A DNA stretch of 64,000 bases, taken from the NCBI RefSeq assembly GCF_006345805.1, contig NC_043003.1, positions 71,548,001-71,612,000 on the forward strand, read 5' to 3'. Position 1 is the stretch's first letter. Each line of letters starts with the position of its first letter. A model generated the notes under the pieces. The model worked only from the letters and a program-made list of their open reading frames with translations. It was not told the origin of the DNA and made no database searches. Position numbers and translations under genes: made by a program. Positions 37,493-50,952 of this stretch are shown piece by piece. The DNA comes from Octopus sinensis (taxonomy: Eukaryota).

Positions 37493-38490
37493 GTGGCGAC
37501 AAGACATTTGAAGCTCACTGTGGATGTTCTTAGCATGGAAAACTTATTAGTTTTTGTGGTACAGTTGCAACAACAACAACAACAACAACAGAAAAGCAGC
37601 AACAGCTGCAATGACGTATATATATCTATGTATATATATGTATACAACAACAATGTATATATATATATATGTATATATATGTATACAACAACAGTAACAA
37701 CAACTACAACAGTAAAATCAACAGTTGGAATTAAGCTGCAGCCCAAAAACACTTCAGGTTCATTTTCAGCAGATGGGGTTGCTAATTCAATTGAAGAATT
37801 TACATATAATCCAGATGGGATTATGTTTTCTGCATACTTCAGAAGGTATGAAGGAATTTTCAAAGAAGAATGTAGAAACTGGACGGACGAGAAGAAGGTA
37901 CGACTTTTAAGAAATTATCATCTGCTGAAGATGGAAAGTATTGTAATTACATTCTGCTGAGGAAACCACCCGAAATTTGTTTTGAGGAAACAATTAACCT
38001 GTTATCTAAAATATTCAGTGAAAGAAGTGGGAGTGCTTGAATTTGCAAAAAAAAAACAAAAAAAAAATGGAGATTTTGCCATATGTGCCAAAATCATAAA
38101 CAGAGAATGTGAAAAATTTAAACTAAATAAATTAACTCCGCATATGATCAAAAGTCTAACCTTTGTACAAGGATTAACAGCAAATAAAGATACAGAGATA
38201 AGGGCTCGAATATCGACAAAGCTTGAACAAGATTCAAAACTGACTCTACAGGCAGTGGCTGAAGAATGCCAAAGGATTATAAATTTACAACAGGACGCAA
38301 AAAAATTGAAAAAGATTATTCAAATATACGTGTCGATCTGTAACAGATAAAAAAAAAAGAAAGAAAAACAAGTCAAGACCCAAACCATGTTATGGCTGTG
38401 GAGATATACATTTCAAAAGAAACTGCCCTTTTAAGAATCTAAAATGTTTTGGATGTGGAAAAATCAGACATAAGAATTCACATTGTTGGG
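37493..38490 (+). pseudogene. Gypsy gag remnant with Q-rich N-terminus and two zinc knuckles
   Basis: EEFTYNPDGIMFSAYFRRYEGIFKEECRNWTDEKKVRLL; CYGCGDIHFKRNC and CFGCGKIRHKNSHC at ~38385-38485; frameshifted. Confidence 0.85.
37494..37503 (+). promoter_or_regulatory. Primer-binding site, tRNA-Ser(GCU)-like
   Basis: tggcgacaag versus TGGCGACGAG, the complement of the tRNA-Ser(GCU) 3' end (one CpG-type change). Confidence 0.65.
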
Positions 38491-38559
38491 TGAAACAAAA
38501 GAGGTCTAATGGAAAAAATTTGAGAAAAAATGTATTGTCAACACAAATGCAAAGCAAGG

Positions 38560-40480
38560 CACAAAAGAGAAAATTTGTCTCCATAAAAATAAATAATGTG
38601 AATACAAGACTACTGTAGGACACAGGTAGTGATATCATAATTACGATGATACATGGAAAAAAATAAGAAAGCCTACATTGCAAAAAACAGTTGCAATTTT
38701 TAGGAAAAATGCTAAGTGAGGTAACATTTTGTGGAACAACTTTGAAAGTCAAAATTTTTGTATTACAAAATGACAAACCTAGAACTATTTAACCTCCCCA
38801 TAAATATTTTTTGCAATAATGTAAACGGTTCTTATGCCAGTTCAAATAAGGCATCGGAGGATTTAAAAAAGAAATTAAAAAAGATTTTTTCCTGATGTTT
38901 TTCCTGAAGAATTAGGTAGGTGCACCAAGACAAAAGTAAAATTTCAAGTGAAAGAAACTGCTGTACCAGTATTTAAATCGAAGTGAGCTGTACCTTTCAC
39001 GGCATTGAATCAAGTCAATGATGAATTGGACAGACTTGAAAAGCTTGGAGTTATAGAAAAAATTGATTACTCAAAACGGGCATCACCAACTGTTTATGTA
39101 AACAAAAAATATAATAAAATTCGAGTATGTGCTGACTTTTCAACAGACTTGAACGAATGTTTAATGACATATAATTACCCATTATCAGGTCTGGAAGAAA
39201 TATTTGCAAAATTCAATGGAGGAAAACTTCTTTCAAAGTTAGACTTGTTGGAGACGTATTTAGTTACAAGTCAAGGAAGAATGTTCAAAATTATTAACGA
39301 TAAACACCCATAAAGGTTTATATAAATTCATTGAACTTCCTTTTGGGTTAAAGGTGGCATCTAGTATTTTCCAACAGGTGATGGACATTATGCTTGCAGA
39401 TACAGATTTAATTATAGCTTACTTAGATGACATACTCATAAAAAGTGAGTCTCAAGGCCAGCATGAGGAACATGTTAAAAAGGTCTTTGAAAGAATAAAG
39501 AAATATGGATTTAAACTTAGTGAGGGAAAATGTGAAGTTTTCATGCGAGAAATAAAGTATCTAGGGCAAGTTATCAATAAAAATGGCCATAGGCCAGATC
39601 CTTCAAGATCAATGGTAATAAAAAATATGCCTCACCCCAAAATATTACAATGTTATAAGTGTTCTTGGGGTTCGCAAAGTATCACCAAATATATACACCA
39701 AATATGCATGAGCTAAGAGTACCCCTAGACAACCTATTGAAAAAAGACGTTAAATAGTATTGGTTGGACAGGTGTTTAAAGAAATTAAAAAAGTTTTAAC
39801 ATCAGAACTGTCATTATCGCACTTTGATCCAAATTTAAAAATAGTAGTAGCATCAGATGCTAACAAAAGTGGTATAGGAGTGGTAATTTTACACAAATAT
39901 GCAAAGAGTAGCCTAAAACCAATTGGTCATGCTTCATGTTTATTGTTGGTGGCTGCAAAAAACTAGCCATTATTTTTGTAGTGAAAAAATTTCACAAATT
40001 CATACATGGAAGGAAATTCAGTCTGCAGACAGATCACTACCCAAGACTGAAATACCTTGGTCCAGATTACACATAAAATTCACAGGACTGTTAAATGGAG
40101 GTTATTATCTAATGGTGGTGGATAGTTACATGAAATGGCCAGAAATATGTAATGTAGGAAGCCAACCTCCAAAGTAACAATGGAATTTCTGGATGAACTT
40201 TTTGTGTGATATGATGTCCCAGACACTATAGTGTCTGATAATGGAACACAGCTCATGGCAAAAGAATTTACAAACTTTTGCAAAATGCATGCAATGAAGC
40301 ATATTACTACTCCGCCATACCATCAAAGATTGAATGAACTAGCTGAATGTTTTGTAGACACGTTTAAGAGTGCGCTGAAAAAATCTAGGAATGGCCTACT
40401 AGCTGATACTGCATTGACGCAATTCTTAAGTGTCTACCTAATCTCAACACCACCTCAGGTATGTCACCGGCTGAACTAAT
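38560..40480 (+). pseudogene. Gypsy pol remnant (PR-RT-RH-IN)
   Basis: DTGSDII, ELDRLEKLGVIE, IRVCADFS, SKLDL, AYLDDILI, VVASDA, PWSRLH, VVDSY.KWPEI, IVSDNGTQ, TPPYH; the RH end and IN zinc finger are deleted at ~40038. Confidence 0.9.
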
Positions 40481-40991
40481 GTTCACCAGGAAAGTCAGGT
40501 CAGTGTTTGACAAATTACTACTGGGAAGAAAAGAAAGAATGGAGAGAAACAGAGAAAATAAGATAAAATATTTCAAAATCGGTGACAAAGTGCTTTTTAA
40601 AACGTACAGAAATAAAAATTAAAGTTGGGAAGAAGATATAATAAGTAAACATTTAAGAAAAATAATGTACATGGTAAAAGGTCATATGTGGGAACACAAA
40701 AGACATTTAAACCAACTGAAAAAAGGTTTGCAGAAGAAAGAATAAGACAAGAAGAACCAATGGCATTTCTTTATGACATTTTTGACATCCCAGTACCTCA
40801 AGGAATTGTTGAACTGAGTACATTGACTAGGAAAAGAAAACAAACAGAACTTTTGCAAGTAGAGTCAAAACGAAAAAATATTCCAATTTCTTCCTAGGGA
40901 ATTAAGTAAAAAAAAAAGGTGATGGAGGTGGTAATAAATATATAATAAAAAAAAGAAAAATATTGACTTCCAAGGAAAGTCAAGCTCAAAA

Positions 40992-41402
40992 TGTGGTGAA
41001 ATTCAGACACCCCTGCAGGATAGCAAGTGAACTGTCCTAAACCTTGTAAAGGTGCATGCATACTGACAGTGGATGTACACTGTGGTGTGCGCAGTTGCCT
41101 TTGTGAAGGCAGTTGTAGAAGTCGTTGAGAAGAGACATAAGTTTGTTACGTGTTTGTTACTGGTGCCAAGCTGTATCAGCCTCTGCTTTTCCCTTGGATA
41201 ACACTGGTGGCATGGAGAGGGGAGGCCGGTATGCATGGGCGACTGCTGGTCTTCCATAAACAATCTTGCCCAGACTTGTGCCTGGGAGGGTAACTTTCTA
41301 GGTGCAATCCCATGGTCAGTGTCGTGACCGAAGGGGGTCTCAGTTTTGTAGTGTTATAACACTGTTACAGTGTAGTCTGTATCCAAACCCAAGGATATAA
41401 GA
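40992..41402 (+). repeat. 3' LTR interrupted by a 179-bp insertion (41162-41340)
   Basis: Aligns to the 5' LTR on both sides of the insert. Confidence 0.9.
41162..41340 (+). mobile_element. GC-rich SINE-like fragment inserted in the 3' LTR
   Basis: Absent from the 5' LTR; no TSD, about 5 bp of LTR replaced; orientation tentative. Confidence 0.6.
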
Positions 41403-42164
41403 GTATGTATATACGTATGTATGCCGGGACACCTTGAAGGGTTTTATGTTTGGTACTTATCCTATTGGCCCCTTTTGTTGATCCACAATATTATGGGGAT
41501 GTAGAAAAACAAACACCAGTTGCCAAGCATGGGGGCAGGGACAAATACTGAAAGGTGCATATACAATTAGACAATAGTGATAGTGATACTAAGGATAGAA
41601 ACATAGATGAGACAAATGGTGGATACTGTTGTAGATTGTCTGAGAGGAAGGTATTCAAATCTGGGTAGCAACAAACTCAGAGATATTCTCAAAGAGGCAT
41701 CAATTAGGGGGAATGGGTATATCTAGAGAACCATCAGAGAGAGAAAGAGAGAGAGGAGAGAGACAGAGGAAATGAGAGAAATAAGGAAATAAAAATGTAT
41801 AAAAGAATGATGAGGAAAAGATAGAGGGGAAAGTAGAAAGAGTGTGTAAGGATGCACAACTAATGGAGCTGACTAACATCTTATGAAATTGAAAATACCA
41901 AGTCAAATTATAGTCAAGATATAATAATACAATCAGTACATGGTTATACAAGAAAGTGAAAGACTGAAGTGGGAATCATTAAGATAATTAGGAACAAGAT
42001 AATAAGTGGATAATTAATATTCTAGAAAGTATTTAATATCTTTATATATCTTTATAATAAGATTAAAAGGGGTTGCAAAACTATAAGTGTGGATTAGAGG
42101 AGAGTAATAGGAACAGTAAAAATTAAATTCAGTATGAGAAATGAGTTTCTAATTTTATATAATC

Positions 42165-42440
42165 TTTTATCTTTTACTTGTTTCAGCTATGCTGAAGAAT
42201 TTCAGTCGCATGGATCAACCCCAGTACTTTTTTTTTGGAGCCTGCTACTTATTCTATCAGTCTCTTTTGATGAACCACTATGGTACAAGGACATAAACAC
42301 AACAACACTGGTTGTCAAACTGGTAGAGAACACACTTAGTTTCAGTCTACCAAACCAAATCGTAAGGCTTTGGTCAGCCTGAAGCTATAGTAGAAGACAC
42401 TTGCCTAATGTGCCACGGAGAAGTACTGAACCCAGAATCC
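42165..42440 (-). mobile_element. SINE family B (internally deleted)
   Basis: atcttttacttgtttcag...ttattctatc and ggctttggtcagcctgaagctatagtagaagacacttgcc are reverse complements of family B blocks. Confidence 0.7.
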
Positions 42441-42516
42441 TCTTCAGAAGGTTTTATTAAATTGGTGTGAACAATAGATTAATGTATCATTATGCTTATT
42501 CATTAGTCCTGACTTA

Positions 42517-44015
42517 CATCATCATCATTGTTTAATATCTGCTTTCCATGCTGGCATGGGTTAGATTGCTTGACTGAGGCCTGGCAAGCTAGTAGGTTGC
42601 ACCAGGCTCCAATCTGATCTGGCAATGTTTTTACAGCTGGATGCCCTTCCTAACGCCAACCACCCAAAGAGTGTAGTGGGTGCTTTTTATGTGCCACTGG
42701 CATGGGAACCAGTTAGGTGGTACTGGCATAGACCCTTCTTGAATGGTGCTTATTACATGCCACCAGCACAGGTACAAGTCAGGCGGTACTGGCCATTACT
42801 ACAATTTCGATTTCACTTGACTCAACTGGTCTTCTCAAGCACATCATATTGCCCAACAATTCAAGTGTACTTTTAAATGGGCTGGTTACACAACACTGAC
42901 ATCGGCCACAGCTGCAATCTCACTTTACTTGCCAGGTTTTCTCAATCACAGCATAACTCTAAAGCCTGACGACTGATCCTTAGTGAACCCCTACTTCTAC
43001 CCAGAATTATTCACTATACTCATTTCTAACCCTGACAGCATCTCTGTACAGGGCTTGTATAGCTCTAACCAACCACTCTTCTATCCATAGTTCCACATTG
43101 CCAACCAGATAAGGGATCAGGGGACCCTATCAAAGGCTTTCTCCCAGCAAAAGCCAAGTACAGAGGTTTATCTTTGGCTAGGTATTTCTCCTGCAGTTGT
43201 CTTTCCAGAAATACAGTATCAGTGGTGCTTCTACCTGGCACAAAACCTAACTGCATCTCATCTAGTTTAACTCTCTCCTTAATTAGTTGGGCTATGACCC
43301 TCTCCGTGACTTTCATCACCAGATCCAGCAATTTGATACCCCTGTAGTTATTTCTATCTAAAACATCACCTTTACCTTTGTAGCAGTTGACTATGGTGCT
43401 GCTACACCAGTCATTGGGTATGACTCCTTTGTGAACTACCTAATTTATTATACAGGTGACTAGACCATAACCAACACCACCAGATATTTTAAGCATCTCA
43501 GTGGAGATTCCTGATGGGCTGGGGGCTTTCTCTGTCTTCATATCCTTAATTGCTTTATCTACCAGGTTACTGTGGATTTGGGTAACTGATCTCTCAGTTG
43601 GGTCAACCTTTCATTCTCCACATTCAGCAGTCTTTCATAATGGCATCTCCAAGCCTCTTTCTTTGCTGAATCATGAAGTGCAAGTGTACCATCATCCATG
43701 CAGACACATTTCTCTCCTATGACATCACACAATTTTCTCTCACACATGCTCTTGCAATAAGAAATACTTCAGTTCTTTGGTCCTTGCATCACTGAACATT
43801 GGCAAACTTCTTTTCTGTTTCTCTCTTGGCTATATATACCAGTCTCCTAACTTCCTTTCTGGCTTTCTAATACAGTTCCCTGCTACTCCCACTCTTCCAA
43901 GCCTGTTTCTTTGCGCTAATGGCTTTGTCTACAGCACTGGTCTACCACTACATTACCCTAGGACAGGAAGGGACTTTGCACCAGCCACAGATTTGGTCTA
44001 TGGCACTTGCTCTAT
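42517..44015 (-). mobile_element. RTE-clade LINE, 5'-truncated with an internal deletion
   Basis: MKVTERVIAQLIKERVKLDEMQLGFVPGRSTTDTVFLERQLQEKYLAKDKPLYLAF; EEWLVRAIQALY..VGVH*GSV joined directly to YAVIEKTWQVK*; 3' UTR and (GAT)n tail. Confidence 0.9.
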
Positions 44016-46892
44016 GTAAATTAAAGTACAACTACTTCCACTCCCTTTATATGAAATCCTGTCTGTAAAATTGACCATGAAATAGAGTAATCAATATTTC
44101 TATTTTCAAGGTTCTAGGTAAATTTTGTTAATGATGAATTATATAATTTCTGTCTATCATTGAAAAATGCATGTGATAATTGTCATGACTTGAATTTTGA
44201 TACTGTGACACTCATATAGCAATATACTTTATTGGTGTCTAGACAGAAGATTTATATACTAAATTTAGAGGTATGTTAAATGATGATAATGCACTAGTTA
44301 ATCAAAGAGCAATTATATCAATCCCTGCATTTGCACAAAAATTATTGGTTGTATTGTTACTAAAGTTATTGTTAGGAGGAGGCACAAAATCAATAGTAGA
44401 TAAGATTTATTATTAACGCAGGTGCTAGATAAAGACAAACTAATAGGACAAGTAGAATTGTGGGTGTAATTTCTAATATCATTTAATTTCTTCTTATTTA
44501 TAAAGACTATATATTATCGGCTGAGTTAGGTACAGTGAATTACATAAATCTAAGTGTGCTTATGAAATAATTAATATTTAACTAGAAGAGGGAAAGTGCT
44601 TTTCTAATGCTCATAAATTGCAGACATACACAAAGTGGCCACCTGCAGTCTGAAGAGGAGTTAAACCATAAAATATTCTGCTTACATAACCTATGCATTT
44701 TATCATTATTATTGTAGTGAATAATCTAATCCGATATAGAATAAGGGTTTCCAGTGCAGCGATTATCATTAAGCTTAGTGTTCCTACATTTAATCCTGCT
44801 ACTCATATTAGCTATAGGAAGGTCATTCCATCTACAAGTGTATGGATTTTGGTTCTGGAGATAAGTTTTAAGTGTACTTGAGTCATTTACATTCTTAACT
44901 AGAGAAATGTTCTGATTAATGTCAATGGGGACTGTTTTTCCCACATTGATTTTGCAACAATTCCCACTCAAGCTAGACACATGCTTGACCATGTAATCAA
45001 TGGTGTTGAAGCCACAATCAATTCAATTGTTATTGTAATTAAGATTTACAGTATTATTAGCATACATGCTAGGGAATACAGCAAATCAACCTTAGGGGGA
45101 ATAACAATTTGCTTATTGGAAATGGACTCAATTTTATTAGTTTGTACAGCCTTAGCTAAAAACCATGTGTAATAGTTGACATTTTAAACATCAAGGAAAA
45201 TTCCTTCTTCCTTTGCATGCACAAACAACAGTTTGAACTGTGAAATTGCAAGCATGACTCTTTATTGATCTTATCATCTATCAAGCCAGAATAAATTCAA
45301 AATATGTGAACATTGATAATATGCATAAGAAATATATCCTCCCAGGAACTCTTGCTGAAACTCTTAACTGCATATACACATACAGAAGACATCATATGGT
45401 TTGCAAAATGTATTCTATGGGAAGAGGTGGAAGAGTTCCTGTCACAGTTAATTAAAATAAGGAATTTTGAGCCAACAAGATGACCTCTAAGTGGTTGACA
45501 AATCTGTTAGAAATAACAACTGAATTTCCTCGGGTCATCTATTCCTGTCTTACTAAAAGGAGGCACATTGGACAATGTAGTCTTAGATATATAAAAAGAT
45601 GAGATGGTCACAGAATCATCATCATCAGTTTTGATAATTGTTTTTCTGAATCAGATCTGACCTGGGATTAAACAATAACAACAACAACGGGAATTCTTCC
45701 TCCCAGATACAGTCTGTGCTGTAAAATGTACTAGAAATATGGACTAAAGTGACAAAGATTGGGAAACAAACAAAAAAATATATAGAATAAAATGAAGTGT
45801 CAAGTATGATATTTGAAGAAAAGATTAAATGTTAATTGAGGTGGTACCAGCTGTAGTTATTATTTTGTTGAATATGCTCATTAACTCTGTGACAGTGTAT
45901 GGTAAGTAAACAGTCAATCAAGTATCTGGAATCAGTTCAAATATCTTGCAACATGGATGTGTTGTACATTAGTATGTTCTCTGACTGACTACACTACATT
46001 GTCAAATGGAAGAAATTATTAGATTAATATTGTGAACTAGTCCAATTGTACTTGATTAAAGACTGTTGACAGCCATTGTGAAGATAAATGAGATTGACTC
46101 AGGCGGTTTTGAGTCTGGAATACAGTGGAGATGCTTGGCAGTCAAGTATAGAGATAAGATCTATCAGCGGAGATGATTTGATTACTGACAAATAACTGAA
46201 CTAATATGAATATGTAATGCAAACTGAAAAAGTATGCTTGAGATAAAAAGGAATATGGAGAACTGACTGCAGAAGAAAAAACACACTAAAGATAAATTTC
46301 AAATTAAAACAAAAGTCTCTGACTATGAAAATGATATCATAGGGTTAGCACAACTCTATAACCTGCTGTGATATAGTCTCCCAGTTGAATATACAGCAAG
46401 ATATACTTATAATGTCAATAACTAATTATATTTAGCATGCAAAGTAATCATATAACAAGCTGGATTCATAAAAACAGTAAGATTTCTGTCAGATTATATC
46501 AGCTGCCTATGAAATATGCCTTCTAATATTGATTATTCTAATACTGCTAATTTGAAACTTACAATCTTCAGGTCACTTTCCTTTGTTGATTCATGCATAA
46601 ATAATTTAATTTAAAAGTAAAGAATTTTTCTTTTGTATTCTGGAGGTTCCATAATATTAATAGAGGACTTATACTTGCCACACATAAGCAATCAAACTAT
46701 AAGCTATTGACTTGACAATAGGCTGTGATATTTAAGCAAAAAGATGAAAGAGTTCACAGTGTTTCTAAAAGAAATTGTGGTTTAAATTCTGTTGAAGCTG
46801 CACTTGTAAATGAGGTTATAAAATTATCAGATTGCCTCAATATTCACCAAATGATTTGTCAGCGCTTCATTGATAATTTGTACGTATATAGG

Positions 46893-47142
46893 TGCAGGCG
46901 TGGCTGTATGGTAAGAAGCTTGTTTCCCAAACACACACATACATATATGTATATATTTGAGTTTGGCCCTCTACCATCACTAGACATTCGATCTTGGTGT
47001 GTTAACGCCCCAGTAACTTAGCGGTTTGGCATAAGAGACTGATAGAATAAGTACCAAGCTTACAAAGTCCTGGGGTCGATTTCTTCGACTAAAAGCCAGT
47101 GCCCCAGCATGGCCACAATCAAAATGACTGAAGCAAGTAAAA
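46893..47142 (+). mobile_element. SINE family B (head plus 3' part)
   Basis: ggcgtggctgtatggtaagaagcttg head; gatagaataagtacc...ggggtcgatttcttcgact...ccagcatggccac...gtaaaag tail. Confidence 0.7.
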
Positions 47143-47409
47143 GTGTATATGTGTACATCTAAAATTTGACTTTACTCAATTTATGTACCAACCTAGTTTG
47201 ACACTTTGGTGACCATGACTTATAATGCTTATGTTTCAGTGAATTTTAAACCAGTAAAGCCTTTCCATTAAATAGTATATTAAGGTAGTGTATGGAATAT
47301 AATGCTGAAGATTCTTTAAAAATTATAACATCTTAACATTCATATCAACATGAATATTTTAAAACAAGTGCTGCTGCTACACACACACACACACACACAC
47401 ACTCACACA

Positions 47410-47760
47410 GATATCCAAGACTGTATCCAACAGCAGGTCATACAGTCACTCACAGAAATGTTCCATTCTCTGGCCAAATTTTGTATTTCACTCTGCAGTA
47501 TTTCACTCTACAGATGCTATGATGACTTGCTTCTTGGAGCTGGCTGGGCTCATGCCATTTCTACTCAAGCATTCTCAGTTCACTCATCTCTCTTTTTCAC
47601 ATCACCATTGTTGTGTCCAATTCTCCCAGACACTACACTAATCACCACACCAAGTCCTTCCATTGGCCCTCTGGAACTCCCTCTGCTTAAGCCTTTTCTA
47701 CATAAATGGCATCAATCTCACCAGTCACTGAGCAACTATGTGAAGGCAGAGGTACTGTCT
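47410..47760 (+). mobile_element. L2-like LINE 3' fragment
   Basis: C..ELAGLMP...LWNSL-type C-terminal ORF2 remnant. Confidence 0.5.
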
Positions 47761-48129
47761 CTTCCTGAAGACTCGGCAAATAAAATAAATTATTATATTT
47801 GTTTGCTTTGTGTCTATGATTCAGGGTGGCAGGAAGAGCATCCAGCTGTAAAGAACTGCTTAAAGAAATCTGTCCAACCCATCCCATTCCATCCCACTAC
47901 ACACATATATATATATGTATATATATTGTCATTATCACATTAAATAATAAATGTGTATTTATATACATATACATACACATATAAATCTATATTTGCATGT
48001 GAAAACAAAAGCTTAGCTATTACTCAGAAGTGAGTATGATCAAGTAGCGTATACCACATTTTCGTTAATTGTTTCGTGTACCTTTGTAGTCTTAAGCAGA
48101 CAAACTATCAACCAAGACCTATGAATCTT

Positions 48130-48480
48130 GATCCAATGGAACATCAAATATGTTTGTCAAAAAGGAGAGAGCATGGCAGCACAGTTGGCTAATACATATT
48201 TTCACCTGGTAGACTCGAGTAACATATTGGAGCTACATTTAATTTCAATCAAAGATACTCTGTGCATTTAAACTCATTGAAATAAGAAAAAACATGGTAC
48301 ATCTAATTCTCTTACAGAACATATACACAACCTTAGGTAAAAAAAAAAAAACACAACCCATTATATATATAGCTTGGTCCATCATCTGTACCAAAATGTC
48401 CATGTTGGTTATGTTTGAGGGAATCCATACATTCCACATAACTCTACATTATTATTGAATAAGCAACACGAAGCTTTCTC
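48130..48480 (+). mobile_element. Penelope-like GIY-YIG endonuclease relic
   Basis: HIGATFNFNQRYSVH..EHIHNL..AWSII pattern, similar to 52170-52620. Confidence 0.5.
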
Positions 48481-49429
48481 TATGTGTGTTTATAAATTTT
48501 TTAAATCATTTAAATTTTACCATAAATCTAATTGTAGTAAAATAACTACTTCTGATTCTCAGTGATGTATAATTTAGATATATAAACTCAATAAAATCAG
48601 TATATCTACATTATCATCATATCCTTTTATCTTTTTATTTCATAGATCCTCGTTTTTCCATTAATTCATATTTACTCATCCAGCCTGGATTATAATTAAT
48701 CAAATACCTATACAGTTGCAACTCTATTGTTTTTAATTGAACACCACTAGGCCGTCTCTTCTCCCAGTTATGGAGTTATACACTGGGTCATAATATATAT
48801 ATAATTAATTTAACTTACCAGATTTCTTTACTGAGTTACTTATAAAATATCTATTGTCTAGTGTCCATTATTACTATATTTGTTTCTTTCCTGGGCCCTA
48901 TAGTTTCACTCTGCTGGAACTTAGCAAAAAATATCTTTTATTTTTTTATGTTTTAAATTTTTTATTTCTGATTCAGCTATTCGTAATGAGTATACACTTT
49001 CACTAATACTACACATTTAAAAATTTTGACAGATATTATTGGCATCTATTTCTAGTACCAATGTAACTGAACAAGCCCCCCAACCTCCCCTCACCTCCAG
49101 TTGTATCATGCTCACTGTAGTTGGGGCTTATAATTCGAGAACTTCACTATCCTTTACAACCACTTTATTACCATCCTAACATCATCCCTCTTACTCTTGC
49201 TATCTAATGACTCTGGTCAACATAGATGGTCAGCTCTCAGGTAAAAGTATCTGATACCTGCTATTTTCCGTCCCTTATCTTTCTGTCTGTGTGCATACAT
49301 CCCTAACCTCTTTCACCAAACATGCCATTGCAATAGTGATTACTATATATCTACTCTAGTGCGTCTACCATTCTATCTTTCCATCACACTGTTGTATATT
49401 ATTCCTGCACAATCCTAATTCACTCATGT

Positions 49430-49742
49430 GGAGGCACATGGCTTAATGGTTAGAGCAGCAAACTTGCGGTCGGGGGATCGCAGTTTCGAATCTCAGACCG
49501 GGCGATGTGTGTGTGTTGATGGGCAAAACACCTAAGCTCCACGCGGCTCCAACAGAAGGTAATGGCAATCTTCTGCTGACTCCTTCGCCACAACTTTCTG
49601 TCACTCTTTCCTCCTGCATCTTGCAGCTCACCTGCGACGGACTGGTGTCCCGTCCAGGTGGGGAACCTATACGCCACGGAAACTGAGAAACTGGCCCTTA
49701 TGTGCCAGGCATGGTTCGAGAAGGAACAAACAAACAAACAAC
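49430..49742 (+). mobile_element. tRNA-derived SINE, family C, with (CAAA)n tail
   Basis: A-box tggcttaatgg, B-box gtttcgaatc, central cctgcgacggactggtgtcccgtccagg (V-domain-like), terminal (acaa)n. Confidence 0.8.
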
Positions 49743-50120
49743 TAATTCACTCTCTATTCAAAAATGCAACTGGTAACTAACATTATCCTTTATCATGAAT
49801 TATCATCAAATATTCACCACTGAAACTGCTAATATAATTTTATTATTTATTCAATCATGGAACTGTGTAAAGCATATCTATTTCTCTCTGATCCTTCCTC
49901 ATCACCGATAGGAGATATTTCTTCATTTTTATGACTTCTCCCTCTCTGCTGATGTAATACTCAGCTTTTGGAATCCTTACTGAATATCCTGATCCACACA
50001 CTTGGTTATTCTAGAAACAGCTGTAAGAGACTTTAACTGCTTATATTCTGTATCTAAATTAAATGTTTTGTGGGCAATGTCAAATATTTGCTTTTTCAAT
50101 TTTGATATATATATATATAG

Positions 50121-50883
50121 GGAGAGTTTACGAAAAAAACAAAAGATGAAGACAGATGGTGTACAAAACAAACAGATGTATTAGTATGACGCTCAGGAAT
50201 AGAAAAAGTCTTTTACGTTTCGAGCCTATGCTCTTCTACAGAAAGAGACACAGAAAAAACAAGGAGAGAAAAAAATGTATGTAGTGGCTAGCGATCTATC
50301 ATGGCGATATATATAGAAACATTATTTTTAATTCTTGCAAAGAGAGATATTCAGTAACAGTTCTTTACACCCACTCCCACATGCCACACCTCTTCCCCAC
50401 CCTCCACCTACCCACACACCCCACCATCAGCCTAACCCACACCCCACCCTTGCTTTCCCCACTCCCACCTCCCCCATCTCCCAACACCATCACACCACAC
50501 ACCACTACATTTTACACCATCATACCACACAACACATCACATTTTCACATCTGCACATACACACACGCACACGTCAAGATCACCAGCACTCTTCCACATG
50601 CACATATGAACTCTCTTATACACACATATGCGCACCTCCGTTTTGGGATCACCACTACTTTATTATCCCCCCTTCTTCCTAGCTCTCCTGTGTGACCCTT
50701 CTGTCCGGCATTCGCCATGATAGATTGCTAGCCACTACACATTCTTTATCTTCTCTCCTTGTTTCTTTCTGTAGAAGAGTGTAGACTCAAAACATTAAAA
50801 ACTTTTTCACTTCCCGAGCATCATACTAATACATCTGTTGTTTACACCACCTGTCTTCGTCTTTTGTTTTTTGTGAATTCTCC
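50121..50883. mobile_element. Penelope-like element end with inverted pseudo-LTRs (50121-50307 / 50712-50883)
   Basis: Arms are reverse-complementary (roughly 85% by eye); homologous to 60453-61030; (TA)n on both sides. Confidence 0.8.
50209..50246 (-). ncRNA. Minimal type I hammerhead-like motif, variant core
   Basis: ucuuu-CUGUAGAA-gagc-auag-gcuc-GAAA-C-GUA^-aaaga; palindromic ACGU in place of stem III. Confidence 0.55.
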
Positions 50884-50910
50884 CCTGTATATATATTATA
50901 TATATAATAT

Positions 50911-50949
<39 letters not shown>

Positions 50950-50952
<3 letters not shown>

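Larger units (their letters stand above)
37255..41402 (+). mobile_element. Ty3/Gypsy LTR retrotransposon with two LTRs, decayed
   Basis: LTRs at 37255-37492 and 40992-41402; PBS after the 5' LTR; gag, protease, RT, RNase H and integrase remnants in Gypsy order. Confidence 0.95.

Noticed and set aside
44250-45200. Hydrophobic near-open frames suggesting a membrane protein, cadherin or NUMT
   Set aside because: Multiple stops in both the standard and invertebrate mitochondrial codes and no diagnostic motif; consistent with AT-rich background
49435-49505. tRNA-like sequence
   Set aside because: A/B boxes are present but there is no complete cloverleaf; it is the head of a SINE
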